DNA of 62,798 nt, the filler included, from Octopus bimaculoides (Eukaryota), in the NCBI RefSeq assembly GCF_001194135.2. It is 5 parts of 5 records of this genome, joined end to end, with 100 filler letters (N's around TTAATTAATTAA, not from the genome) between each part and the next. Parts side by side here need not be neighbours in the genome. Positions count along the whole stretch, not along the records: positions 9,898 to 31,138 come from NC_068984.1; 4 more parts are not named here. One strand, given 5' to 3'. Shown here in pieces: positions 13,583 to 25,510 of this stretch; positions within the stretch are counted from its first letter, which is position 1; each line of letters starts with the position of its first letter. The position numbers were made by a program, and so were the translations under genes. The notes under the pieces were generated by a model that was given only the letters and a program-made list of their open reading frames with translations, did no database searches and was not told the DNA's origin.

Positions 13583-14037
13583 TACCAAAACATTTTGGAT
13601 TCGGTCCCAACCTCATACAGAGCCGCCTGCATTACCCAATGCATTCAATGAAAGCTGCAGTCGAAGTGGAACAGAGGCGAATTCCAGTGGCCAAGAATAG
13701 GTTCGTCCAAAAGACAAGAATGGCTCTGAGAAGGCCAATGGCTCGATTAAATGTGATGCGGAGTCCCAGGAGAAGAATGTTCGCACCTGTCATGAATCAC
13801 CAAAGAATAAGAAACAAAACAGTGCCACGGTTTCAAGTCAACCAAAATTCACCTCTTGCCCAGGCCCGTAGACTGGGTAGGTTTGGTTTCTTCCCGAGAC
13901 CAATGTATCCGTTACATGGGAATTCAAACCAAGGAAGGATGCGACAGATGGATTCAGGTCGGCGTTTCATGGGTGGAAGATGGAGAAGAAGAGAATCAAG
14001 ATCAGCAAAGAAGCTTTGGGATTCCAAAAAGCATTAA
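13583..14037 (+). CDS. Probable terminal coding exon of an unknown, highly basic Arg/Met-rich protein
   Basis: Strong acceptor TTTTCTTCCTTTCTTCCACAG| (AG 13581-13582). About 151 open codons of non-repeat sequence, GC-richer than flanks. Stop TAA at 14035-14037, then an AT-rich tail with AATAAA at 14245-14250. Confidence 0.6.
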
Positions 14038-16185
14038 TTTTTTTTATATAAACTAAACTTTGTTTTTAATTACATTTAATCTGTTGGTTTGTTCTATTTA
14101 AAGAAGTAAGTAACACAAATATTGTATTTCCTAGTAAACCTGTTTTTCTTTTGTATTACAAATACCAGTACAAAAATATAAATCTAGGATGATAGACACG
14201 ATGTAATAAGAGATGAGTTTAGAAGCTTGAATTATCAATGCTATAATAAAGAAAGATGCTTTGTAATTAGTTATGAGTATGTAACTTTTACTAAAAGAAA
14301 GCAATTATTAAAGTCTTAATTGTGTAGAAAATGCTTATAAATTCCAATTTTAAAGTATTTTTTAATCAAAATGTGATTTTCAAATTTCTTTTATTGTGGA
14401 AGATTTCAACAACACGTTTCAATCAGAAAACAAATTTTTATTCACTGCGGCATAGCGTTCTTAACGTCTTACGTTTGAATCCTTTTTCTTCTACTGTTTC
14501 CTTGCGGCGCAGCCTCTCTCTCTCTCTCTCTCTCTTTTTCTTCTTACTCTCTCTTTCTACCTCTTCCTTGTTTACAGCCTCTATTTCTATTAGTTACTTT
14601 TATTTAAATTTTTCTATCCTAATAGTTTTTCTCCATTTGATTTTTGTCTCTTCTCTTTCTCAAAACTCTTTGCTTTTATCTCTTTCCCCGTTGTGTAATC
14701 TAATTCTTTTCGTCTTTCCCTGCGCACTCTGTTACTCATAAAAGTCTTGCTACACTATTCAAACCAAAATACGCCATGAAAGAAAAGAGACACTTCAACA
14801 TTAAACTGGTGAAATCAGATGAATCAATCGTTTTTTTATAATCCAAACATTATAAATATGATGTTCACAATTAACATACGAACACACATTCAAATATATA
14901 CATTTAAACATACACACACATTACACGTGCGCGAGATGTGTGTAGTAACTCCTATAATAAATTTCGCGTTGTAGGACAACTGGTGGAGCATCGAATAGTC
15001 GACAGCATGGTGCCGAAAGCTACTCTTAAGAAATAACCATGCTATGATCTGAGCACAGCACTTATATATAATTATCTGCTCAGCCTAAACACGGTGTTAT
15101 CGCTGGTTACATTGCTACAAAAATGTTTCTACTTTAACAAAATACAAATACATTTCATTCCAATTGTTTTGTTTCACGATAATTTTATTCTCTTTATATA
15201 GTCAAGTGTTGTCACATTCTTGCATATTTTCTACCTTGTCTTTTTTTTTCTAGTTCCTCTGAAAAATAACTGGACAGTTCTGCAGCGGTAACCTTCCTTC
15301 TTCACAGAGATGCAACTTGCTTTATAGTGGCGTTGTCCGAATGTTGCAGAGTCAGAGCTAGGGACATATANNNNNNNNNNNNNNNNNNNNNNNNNNNNNN
15401 NNNNNNNNNNNNNNNNNNNNNNNNNNNNNNNNNNNNNNNNNNNNNNNNNNNNNNNNNNNNNNNNNNNNNNNNNNNNNNNNNNNNNNNNNNNNNNNNNNNN
15501 NNNNNNNNNNNNNNNNNNNNNNNNNNNNNNNNNNNNNNNNNNNNNNNNNNNNNNNNNNNNNNNNNNNNNNNNNNNNNNNNNNNNNNNNNNNNNNNNNNNN
15601 NNNNNNNNNNNNNNNNNNNNNNNNNNNNNNNNNNNNNNNNNNNNNNNNNNNNNNNNNNNNNNNNNNNNNNNNNNNNNNNNNNNNNNNNNNNNNNNNNNNN
15701 NNNNNNNNNNNNNNNNNNNNNNNNNNNNNNNNNNNNNNNNNNNNNNNNNNNNNNNNNNNNNNNNNNNNNNNNNNNNNNNNNNNNNNNNNNNNNNNNNNNN
15801 NNNNNNNNNNNNNNNNNNNNNNNNNNNNNNNNNNNNNNNNNNNNNNNNNNNNNNNNNNNNNNNNNNNNNNNNNNNNNNNNNNNNNNNNNNNNNNNNNNNN
15901 NNNNNNNNNNNNNNNNNNNNNNNNNNNNNNNNNNNNNNNNNNNNNNNNNNNNNNNNNNNNNNNNNNNNNNNNNNNNNNNNNNNNNNNNNNNNNNNNNNNN
16001 NNNNNNNNNNNNNNNNNNNNNNNNNNNNNNNNNNNNNNNNNNNNNNNNNNNNNNNNNNNNNNNNNNNNNNNNNNNNNNNNNNNNNNNNNNNNNNNNNNNN
16101 NNNNNNNNNNNNNNNNNNNNNNNNNNNNNNNNNNNNNNTATATATATATATATATAGATTGATAGATAGATAAATAGATAGATAC

Positions 16186-16223
16186 ATTTTTATTAGCCAC
16201 ACAGGGCTCAACAAAGATGGGAC

Positions 16224-16224
<1 letters not shown>
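16186..16224 (-). mobile_element. Severely 5'-truncated L1/Tx1-like 3' tail inside (GATA)n
   Basis: TTATTAGCCACACAGGGCTCAACA..GGGACA is shared with the copies at 27788 and 30843; GATA arrays on both sides. Confidence 0.75.
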
Positions 16225-16283
<59 letters not shown>

Positions 16284-16989
16284 CGAGAAGTATTGAGAAT
16301 AGACCATATGGTTCGATAGAAGTGTGAGTGCGAGCAGACTAAGAACAAAAAATGAACACAGACAGAAAACTAAACAACAAACAGACGATAGATAATGAGA
16401 ACGTTTACGTGGCAAAGAAACAAGAAGATCAAAAGAAATGGTAAACTCTTTTAAGAGAATCAAAGACAATTTGTGCTGGTTGTAAATTGGAATAGTGTGT
16501 GCGTGTGCGCGCAGGAGTACATGGCTGTGTGTATAGCAGATACGAAGAGTGGTGTTGTCTACAACTGTCTGACATTGGGCACAAACTCACACATACACAC
16601 ATATTCACAGAAATACACAACCATAGATACACACATACACACAGCCACACATGTAGCATATGTCCTTTTATGGTAAGGTCGACTCTCTCTTGGGTTCCTT
16701 AAGAGATCGATAAAGTAAACCACAGACATGATATAAAAGGCCATAGCGTACCAACGATGAAGAATTAAACGGTAAAATGACCCATTTCACCTTTCATCAT
16801 TAGATCTACGGTCATCTTCCTTCATGAACACTCCTTTTCTGTAAAATAAAACTCGAAGTCATTGCGAATTAGTATCATAATTATTGTAACGCTATTTGTG
16901 TGTGTATACATACATACATACATACATATGCATGTATGTATGTATATAGATACTTGTAATAACGAGGTCGAACTAAATCTGATATTTTG

Positions 16990-17164
16990 AAACGTACGTA
17001 TTAAAATACGTACGTTTTAGATTTGTGTAATATATAACAGGAAATACGTCCATTTCGTAAACTTTCTTCAGTCTAACGATTTTTGAAATGCCTTAACTGA
17101 GGAAATTTTACGTAATGGATGCATTTCCTATCATATACTACGCAAACCTGGAACGTACGTATTA
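16990..17164. repeat. Nested inverted repeats
   Basis: Perfect 13-bp stem AAACGTACGTATT-aa-AATACGTACGTTT, plus imperfect arms of about 62 bp at 17004-17065 and 17103-17164. Confidence 0.7.
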
Positions 17165-17337
17165 AATGATGTGAAAATATCACTACTTGGTTTGATTTCA
17201 TTATTACAATTAATACGACTTGATGCCAGTGTAAATTAGCCGATCTTGATCCCATTTAAGTGGACGCTGTAACAACGGTTTAGAGTAGTTTCACTTGAGT
17301 CGAAAATTCTGGTAACGTGCAGCACTTCTTAGCGTAA

Positions 17338-17373
<36 letters not shown>

Positions 17374-17387
17374 TTACATATATGCGA

Positions 17388-17418
<31 letters not shown>

Positions 17419-17926
17419 AATGCATATACATACACTTATACGTATTATTTCTGATCTGATCGGAGATAAAACTTGAGTACAACACTTACCAGAAATTTCA
17501 ATAGATTCAGTTTAGACTGGACCGAAAAAAGATCCTTTTTTCAAATAATATAAGCAGAGTAAGAACAAAATGCCACTCGAAGTGTACATATTAAAGCAAA
17601 TATATATGTTTTTTTTACCTGCGCATAATTATGCTTAGAATTTTGTAAACTGCATAAACTAGTTTATTATTTATAAAGATTATAAAAGGCATTTATTTTG
17701 ATGTGTCTTTTTTTCATTGAAGTTAATTGCAGAATCTACGGATCAAAATTTTTTAGTAGTAAAATTTTAAATTTTATTAATTAGAATATCGTTTTGTTAA
17801 CATGCAAAAACAGAATCAAATGAGATTATTAAAGAGATGACAAAAGATAAATTTCGGAGATGTTTTTTTGTCTCGGAAGTGATTTGTTTTAGACCGTCTG
17901 TTGAAGACAAAAACAATTCCAGCATC

Positions 17927-18145
17927 GAAGATACATATTAGCCATTCAAAAATACACAAAGAATGTTAAGTTCACTTTAACGTTTACTATTTCGTATCAA
18001 TATTTTCGTCACAGGGTTTCACTGAAGTGGAACCATGTCAATGACTAGGTTACCGCTAGTGCCACGAAAATTTTGACACCGAATAATTAATGTTTAAATG
18101 ATTAACACTTCTTTGTGTGTTTTTGAATGGTTGGTGTATGTCTTC
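17927..18145. repeat. Imperfect foldback of about 220 bp (MITE-like)
   Basis: 17927-17969 (GAAGATACATATTAGCCATTCAAAAATACACAAAGAATGTTAA) pairs with 18102-18145; the inner segments also pair. Confidence 0.7.
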
Positions 18146-18149
18146 CATT

Positions 18150-21100
18150 CTGTAACTGAAAAAGATAAATTATAAACAGAAAACTGAATAAGATAAAACC
18201 CAAAGGAACGATAACTGAGATCTAAAAACTGAGTATGATGAGAAAAGATTTAGCGAAAAACAAAATAAGATTAAATCCAGTGAATAACTGAGATAAAGAG
18301 TAAAAATAGAAATAAAAATAACAAAAAACTGATAAAGATAAATGAGATATAAAAACAGTGTAAGTTAGAATAAGGGAGAAAACAGAAAAAGATATATTAC
18401 ATGTAATATCAGAATTGTATAAATGAGATATTAGAAACAGAGTCAAATCAATGAGATTTTAAAAAAATGAATAAAATGGATGAGGAATATGAGAATGAGA
18501 TAATAGTTAAAGAAACAGAATAAGGTGAATGAATTATGAAACACAAGTTAAGTGAGGGATTAAAAAACAAAATAATATGAGAAAATAATGATATAAATAA
18601 ATCAGGAAGGCAGAATGGCATCTAAAGGCGGAATTGAGAGAATAACAATAAACGAAACGGAGATTAACAACAGATAAAGGATAAATGAAATCTAAAAACT
18701 GAATAAGAATAAGATGAAGAAATCCAATTATGATGTATTAAAACAAAAATAGAAAACAAAAAGAGAAAACTAAAAAAATAAATTATATAGAAAAGATTAA
18801 GGTTTACGAAATATATAGAAATAAGCAATAGTAAGAAAAAAAACAGAAAATGATAAACTGGGTATATTAAAACAATAAATATAATCAAATAAATGCGATT
18901 TAAAAACTAGATAAGGTGAAATGCATAATATGTATTGATGTATATAAGATAAAGCAGTTGTGGAGCCAGTATAAGACAGCTCATATATAAAAGTAGATTA
19001 AGATAAATGGAGGATCAAAAGAGTATAAATGATATTTTGGAAGGGAATACGATGAAGATAATACATGGAATATGATAATGAGATAGAATTAAAAGAAAAC
19101 TGAACAGGATTAAACAGGAATAAGATAACAGAAAAAAATAAATAAATGAGATTTAAAGATGAAATAAGATGATGCATACATACAAAACAATAAAAGAAGA
19201 TAACAGATAAAAACAAGATAAATGCTATTTATAAATAAGATAAACCAATCACAAAAAGAAGACAAAATGAACACGCAAAAAATAAGAGAAATAAAATTTA
19301 AATACAGAGTAAAATAAATGCGATATAATAAACAGAAAAGAATTGGTGAAATGTGAAAAAAAATAAATAAATAAATAAATAAAACAATAGAATAAATGAA
19401 ATATAAAAGATGAGATAAAGGAGATGAAAGCGATATAAATTAGAGATGAAAACAGAATTCGATTTTAAAAAGATATATGCAAAACTGATTAAGGTAAACT
19501 ACATTGATGTGTGTGTGTGTTTGTGTGTGTGTATGTACGTGCTTGTACATCCACCTGCGCGCGCACACACACACACACATGCACAATTACTTACTCTGAG
19601 ATAAATGAAAGGTATGACAGAATGAGAGGTAATATTAAAAACGAAATAAGATAGAAGTGATAAAAAAAGAAAGAAAAAAACCCGGAAGGGAATACACGAA
19701 ATATAAATGAATAAACTAAATGGAATATAACGATAGATTAAGGTAATATATATTGGAAAAGAAGAGATTAATGAGATATGAAACAGAATAACATGAATCA
19801 TATATAAGATCCGAAAGAGAAATTCAAAAACAGAATGAGAAGGATATGATATGAATGAGAATTCGATAATGAATAAACAGAAATAGAAAAACGAAAAAGA
19901 TACATCAGTTGTAGAAATAGAAAAAGAAAAATGAGACATATAAATACGGTTTAAATGTAAAATGAATAAAATTACTTATAATAGACTGAGATAGGAAAAA
20001 ACAAGGCAGAATAAGATAAACAGAATTAAGCCAAATGAAATTTTATGAAAACCGTTCATTTATTTTGTTTTATATGAAAAAGGAAGGAAATAAATGAGGT
20101 GCCCAAAGAAAAATACTTAGATAAACACACAATAAAAAACATAAACAAAATGTAAAAAACAGAATAAGGTAAAAGAGATGGAAAAATAGTTTTTAAGACA
20201 AAGGTGACATGAAATATATAAGATACATGAAATATTAGATGGAAATACGATGTAAAAAAGAAAATTAAATGAGATATTTGGTAGAATAGGGTGAAGCTCA
20301 TAAAGGTGTTATGGGATAGATGAAATACAAACAGAACGAGATGAAGGAGGTGTGAAATGAGAAAAAGGTAATAAAAACAAAAGGTGAATGACATCTGAAA
20401 TCAGAATACGATACGTAGAACACTTAAGTATAAAAACGAGTAAGATATAAGAAATAAGATAAGATAAAAGAGAGAGAGAGAGAAAAAAAACATTACGATA
20501 AATGATATAGAAAAAAAAACAGTAAGAAACAGAATGAAATAATGGTGTTTAAATATGAAATGAAACAAATAAAAATCTGAAACGAAAAGAAAAGAAATGA
20601 TGTATAAAACATGATAAAAAAAATAGAATGATATAAATGTGATAAAAAAGTTAGAATTATGAAGGTGAGAGATAAAATGTGTTTGAGATAATTTATGTAA
20701 AAGATGAAATAGTATAAGATTAATCAGATGAAAGATAAAACGATATGAATGAGAGAATATGTGGAGTCCCCTGGCGGGCGGTTAGTATTAGGAAGATCAT
20801 CATTCCTTCATAATATTTGGTGGAGTTAGAAGATTGAATTTGAAATTAAGGAATTTTGAAGAAATGGATGTATAGAATTCACATGATATTAATTTTTTAT
20901 AAAATTAAATTTGTTGTTAAAAGTTTTAGTCTTTGCTAATTATGCATAGCACTATTTCATTCTTTTTAGAAATCATCAACATGAGAAAAAGAAAACAAAA
21001 AAAAAAAATAATAATTGTAAAAATATAAGAGAAATTTTTCTAAAAAAACAGATTAAGATAAAACATTTCGCAAAATAAATAAAATAAGTGCAATGAAAAA

Positions 21101-21470
21101 GACATTCGGATAAATAAAATATAAAAAGAAACACAATCAGAGAAAGGAAGTATAAAAACCGTAATAAGGATAAATAAAACACCGAAGAAGAATGATAATT
21201 GATATGAAAAACAAATCAAGATAAACGATAAATGAAACGAAAATATATAATGAAGTAGATAATAAAATAAATGTAGGAAAATAAGAGACAATAATGCAAG
21301 ATGAGATTAACGAAATCTAAAAAGAGAATGTTATTTATTAGAGAAATAACATTTAGAAAATATGAAACAGAAAAGGTTAAAACACATAGAAACTGAATGA
21401 AAAAAAAAAAAAGAGGGAAGACCGGATCAAATATTAAAGTATTAAACAAATGAAAAAATGCTATGCATAA
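18150..21470. repeat. Approximately 3.3 kb purine-biased degenerate low-complexity tract
   Basis: Plus strand mostly A/G, with recurring ATAAGATAAA, AAACAGAAT and AAATGAGAT words; very little C. Confidence 0.8.
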
Positions 21471-22377
21471 TTACCAAAGGTTAGCAACTTTATATTAAAT
21501 TTCACTTATATTTTTACAAATCCTTTATTTAGTTTCTTTTTTCTCATGTAATGCTGATCATTTCTAAAACGGATGAAATAGTGTTATATATGATTACCTT
21601 TCCCTAGTCATTTTAAGAGCTTCGTAATAAGCAAAAAACAAAAAAATTCGATATGTATATTTTGTGCATCTTTTACTTTATTCCTTAATTTCAAATTCAA
21701 GCTGTTAATACAGCCACATATTAACGACGAATTGATTATCTCCCTTGTACTAATTATCCACAAAGGGACTCTCCATATTTGAAAATAGTGTCGGAATATT
21801 ATGAATCTTAAGTCATTATTATATAAACAACTGCAACAAATCGTTGCAAAAATATAGTAACATCTAGAACTAGAATTCTGAGGTGTTTCCGTTGCTCTGT
21901 TTGCGCTCATCATTCTGGCCAGACACTTACATCCGCTTACTCTTACTTCCTCACATCTTCTGAGCCAGTCATTTCTAGAAATCAATCGTTATAGTAACTA
22001 TGTAAGCAGTTCGATACTTTTCAGCTTTCGATCACATTTGATAATACTGAGAAAGCACGGTTCTATAATTCTTTAATGCTTTTAGACATCAGAGATATAT
22101 CGGTACTGAAACACCGCCTTCAACCATTACTGTTCTATGCCGTTGTCGAAATCTTCGATCTGTGCTATGAATTTCACAGCCCTGCGAGAAAACCTTTGAA
22201 TGAGCGCTTAGCCTACTAGAAATAGCAGCTAAATCTCGCCCACCATCTTAAATGAGGAAATAACGCATTTGATAATGTAGGCCTACATATTTCTAAAAAT
22301 ACGGTGGGAGGGTCAGGGCTTCAATGTATTTGATCATTGGTCTGGTTGATCACAATTAACATAAGGTTAAACAACAT

Positions 22378-22460
22378 TAGTAGCAGCAGCACCAGCTGTA
22401 GCAGCAGTAGCAGCGACAGCAGCGACAGCAGCGACAGCAGCGACAGCAGCGACAGCAGGG
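22378..22460. repeat. (CAG)/(CAGCGACAG)n repeat
   Basis: Visible 9-bp periodic unit. Confidence 0.9.
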
Positions 22461-23178
22461 ATAGCTATGAGGTCTATAAACTGTGATGTTCAGATTCTCT
22501 GAAACGGAAACTTCTTTAATGATGATGGCCTGAGGGATGATAAAAATCGACTTTCTTTTGTAAAGACTTTAAAATACGAAAATTTGCTTAGAAAATGTAG
22601 GAAACTTTAGGAAACACAAAAATACACACAAAAACATGTCGTCTACGCGAAAACAGGTATGCAAGACTACAGATGCATTAGATCATTGGACCCGTGTTCA
22701 AAATAAAGGTTACGGTCTTAAGTAACAAATATGCGCATCCATCCATCCATCCATCCATCCATACTATGTATGTACACACACACAGACATGCATGCACGCA
22801 CGCACACACATGTATATACACATGCTTTAATTATGAATGACAAGGTAACGTGAGTTACGTAAGCAGCCTCAATAGCTTGCAGCTGTCTCTGCTATAAGAA
22901 ACAGTGCACTGAGAAGTGGGTGCCTGTGCAGTACCTTATAGCTTCCTCAGAGCTATTAAAATGAAGTGTATGCTCATTTCGGAATGCACTGCTTCTTATA
23001 GCAATAGCAGAAACAGATGTAAGCAAATGAAAGTGATTACATGACTCCTGCTCCCTCGTCCATTGTTAATTAATATCAGGCTTTGTACTCGGCCGACGCT
23101 TCACTCCGAATCATACGTTTACTGATTTCTAACAACAGGTTATTAGTGTCGCTATATCTAAGCGAAATCATAGAATAC

Positions 23179-23181
<3 letters not shown>

Positions 23182-23211
<30 letters not shown>

Positions 23212-23389
23212 TGTATGTATGTATGTATGTATGTATGTATGTATATGCGCTTATATGCGTCATTATGAGTACATGCGTGGTTAGAATATATAAATCCTTC
23301 CATTCTGTTCTTCTGTTCACAAAATAATTTCACAACACTTGCGTATGAATGGGAGGTCCCTCATACACACACAAACACACACACACACA

Positions 23390-23457
<68 letters not shown>

Positions 23458-23470
23458 TACACACACACAT
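23182..23470. repeat. (TATG)n and (CA)n microsatellites
   Basis: Runs at about 23182-23245 and 23365-23470. Confidence 0.93.
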
Positions 23471-23797
23471 TCATTTTATACTATGAAGAACACAAAGAAG
23501 TGGTTGAAGAAAATAGAGTGAGAGAAAAAGGGTAGTGTTTTTACCATCTTTACCTTTAAGAACCGCTACAGTCGAGATTTGATGAGGATTCTTTAGAATT
23601 CAACATTTCCTAGAGACGTGACGTAGAATCTTAGATTTAGTGCCATAGCGACAGTTTTTCAATTCCATCTCTGATATCCCGTATAATTGTTTTGTTAATT
23701 AAAAAAAAAAATCAATATTTCTATTAATATTATTATTATTATTATTATTATCATCATCATCATTATTATTATTATTNNNNNNNNNNCATTATTATTA

Positions 23798-23843
<46 letters not shown>

Positions 23844-23849
23844 GTTTGT

Positions 23850-24030
23850 GGATTGGTAGAATCTTTGGAGCGTCGAACAAAATGTTTTACGGAATTTTGT
23901 TACAGTTATTCACGTCCTGAGTTAGAATCCCGGGCGATGTCAACTTTGCCTTACATCCTTCCGGTGTCGATAAAAAAAAGTACCTGTAGAATACTGGGAT
24001 CGATTTCTCTAGGCTTATTGACCCCACCGT
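23850..24030 (+). mobile_element. Diverged SINE family A
   Basis: GTCAACTTTGCCTTACATCCTTCCGGTGTCGATAAAA core. Confidence 0.7.
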
Positions 24031-24164
24031 CAACATTGTAGCGTTAAGCCTATCTAAAAAAAATCAATATTTTGTGATATTGTAAAATGATCGATAATAA
24101 AGACTTAGGCATGTTGTTGTTTTCTTATTCATTTTATATTATTTTTATTTATTTATTTTTTTAC

Positions 24165-24295
24165 TTGTTTCTGTTAAGAGACTGCGGTCATGCTGGGGCA
24201 CCGATTTCAAAGGAGGATGTTTCGCATATTAGTGACGCGTTCATATCAACCAGTGTTTACTTTATTTTAGTTCTTATTTTATTAAATGGCTGAGT
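24165..24295 (-). mobile_element. SINE family B, 3' fragment
   Basis: ACTGCGGTCATGCTGGGGCACCG is the reverse complement of the family 3' segment. Confidence 0.65.
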
Positions 24296-24355
24296 TACAG
24301 ACTCTCATATGTATGTGTGTGTATGTGTGTGTGTGTATGTATGTGTGTGTGTGTA

Positions 24356-24393
<38 letters not shown>

Positions 24394-24936
24394 TGTGTGT
24401 GTGTGTGTGTGTACCAGAGTTTGTAAAATTGTGTATAGATATTAATTAATCAAAGTTCACCATAGTCTGATTTTCATATTTCGTTTTCTATTTTTATATT
24501 TTAAAGAATACTGACATGTTTTATAGCAATCCTCGGGTAAATGTGTAAGTAAGTGGCTTTGGCAAGCTAAACTAGATGGAGTTGCAGTATAGTAAAGGGG
24601 AGATAATAATCTATGAATTACTTTCAATATTGCAAGAGGTTGTGAGTGAACATTATTATTGAAAGAACTTAAATTCAAATCAAATTAGCATTATTGTTCC
24701 TTTTGAAGTTTTCGAACTTCTCAATAAAATTCTTTTCTTTTCGTCATCTTGTAAAGTAAATTTCATGTTTTATCAGAATATTCATGTAAGTAGTATCTTT
24801 GTTGGTTAGTGTTCCTGTATAGTTGAGATAATCTGAAAATTATTGTCAATATTACTACAGTTATATAATTATTACTATTATTAAAAATTGTATGCGAATT
24901 CAATTCACCATTAATTTGGTTATTCATATAATTGTC

Positions 24937-25310
24937 CATTCAGAACAGGTTTGAACTCCTCACTAAAATTATTTTTTCTTACTCTTCTTGTATCTTCACT
25001 TGAGTCATAAAGTTTGCAAAATGGGAATATTAAAAACATTTTGTAACAACATATTTCTAAATGGTTATTTACTGGGGCCTAGCGGACACCAAGACTCATA
25101 ATTTGTTGCCGGTGTACTCGTATGCATTCTGATAATGAACTTCTCGTTTGGCCAATATATTTTTTTTTTCACATTTCGGACATTTGATGTGGTAGATAAG
25201 ATTTCTGCTTTCGCATTTCATATTTTCATTTAGATGTATTCTCCCGGGTTTGTGCCGACATATTGACCAGTATGTGTGAGCTGACGCATACCTCAACGAA
25301 CTAAATTTAA
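24937..25310 (-). mobile_element. Penelope-like GIY-YIG endonuclease remnant (frameshifted)
   Basis: NMKCESRNLIYHIKCPKCEKK/YIGQTRSSLSECIRVHRQQI...NNHL...EFKPVLN; frameshift in an A-run at about 25160-25169. Confidence 0.85.
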
Positions 25311-25324
25311 TAATAACTGATCGA

Positions 25325-25510
25325 ACACTTGTTCAAAGTAAAAGGCAACTGAAAATCGCGAAACTGTCGTTGAAGAGGCTAAATATGATGTAAACAGCAA
25401 TGATAAAATGCTCATGGTATCCAAATGCAATGACAATCGATGTAGTACATGTCAATTCATATATATCAGTCAGTATATCAACACAAAAGCTAAAAGAATA
25501 TCTAATGTTC
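25325..25510 (+). mobile_element. Penelope-like RT-EN linker remnant, divergent to the neighbour
   Basis: SKRQLK... and VSKCNDNRCSTCQFI linker motif; nucleotide similarity to the 5' part of the minus-strand fragment. Confidence 0.6.

Noticed and set aside
13583-14037. Reflectin
   Set aside because: Arg/Met-rich, but only two Tyr and no MDMxxYxMDxxGR-type repeat
14738-14905. TATA-like CATAAAAG and gccATG starting a 42-codon frame
   Set aside because: Short, no convincing donor, no homology; cannot be told apart from chance
15231-16469. Long ORFs spanning N runs (also near 32-35, 44-46, 56 and 59 kb)
   Set aside because: Length comes from untranslatable Ns
18222-21449. Multiple Phe/Leu/Ile-rich minus-strand ORFs resembling membrane proteins
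   Set aside because: By-product of the pyrimidine-rich strand of a low-complexity tract
25293-25295. TGA at a linker Cys position suggesting a selenoprotein PLE
   Set aside because: Single TGA in a copy with frameshifts and other substitutions; the neighbouring homologous fragment has TGT; no SECIS identified
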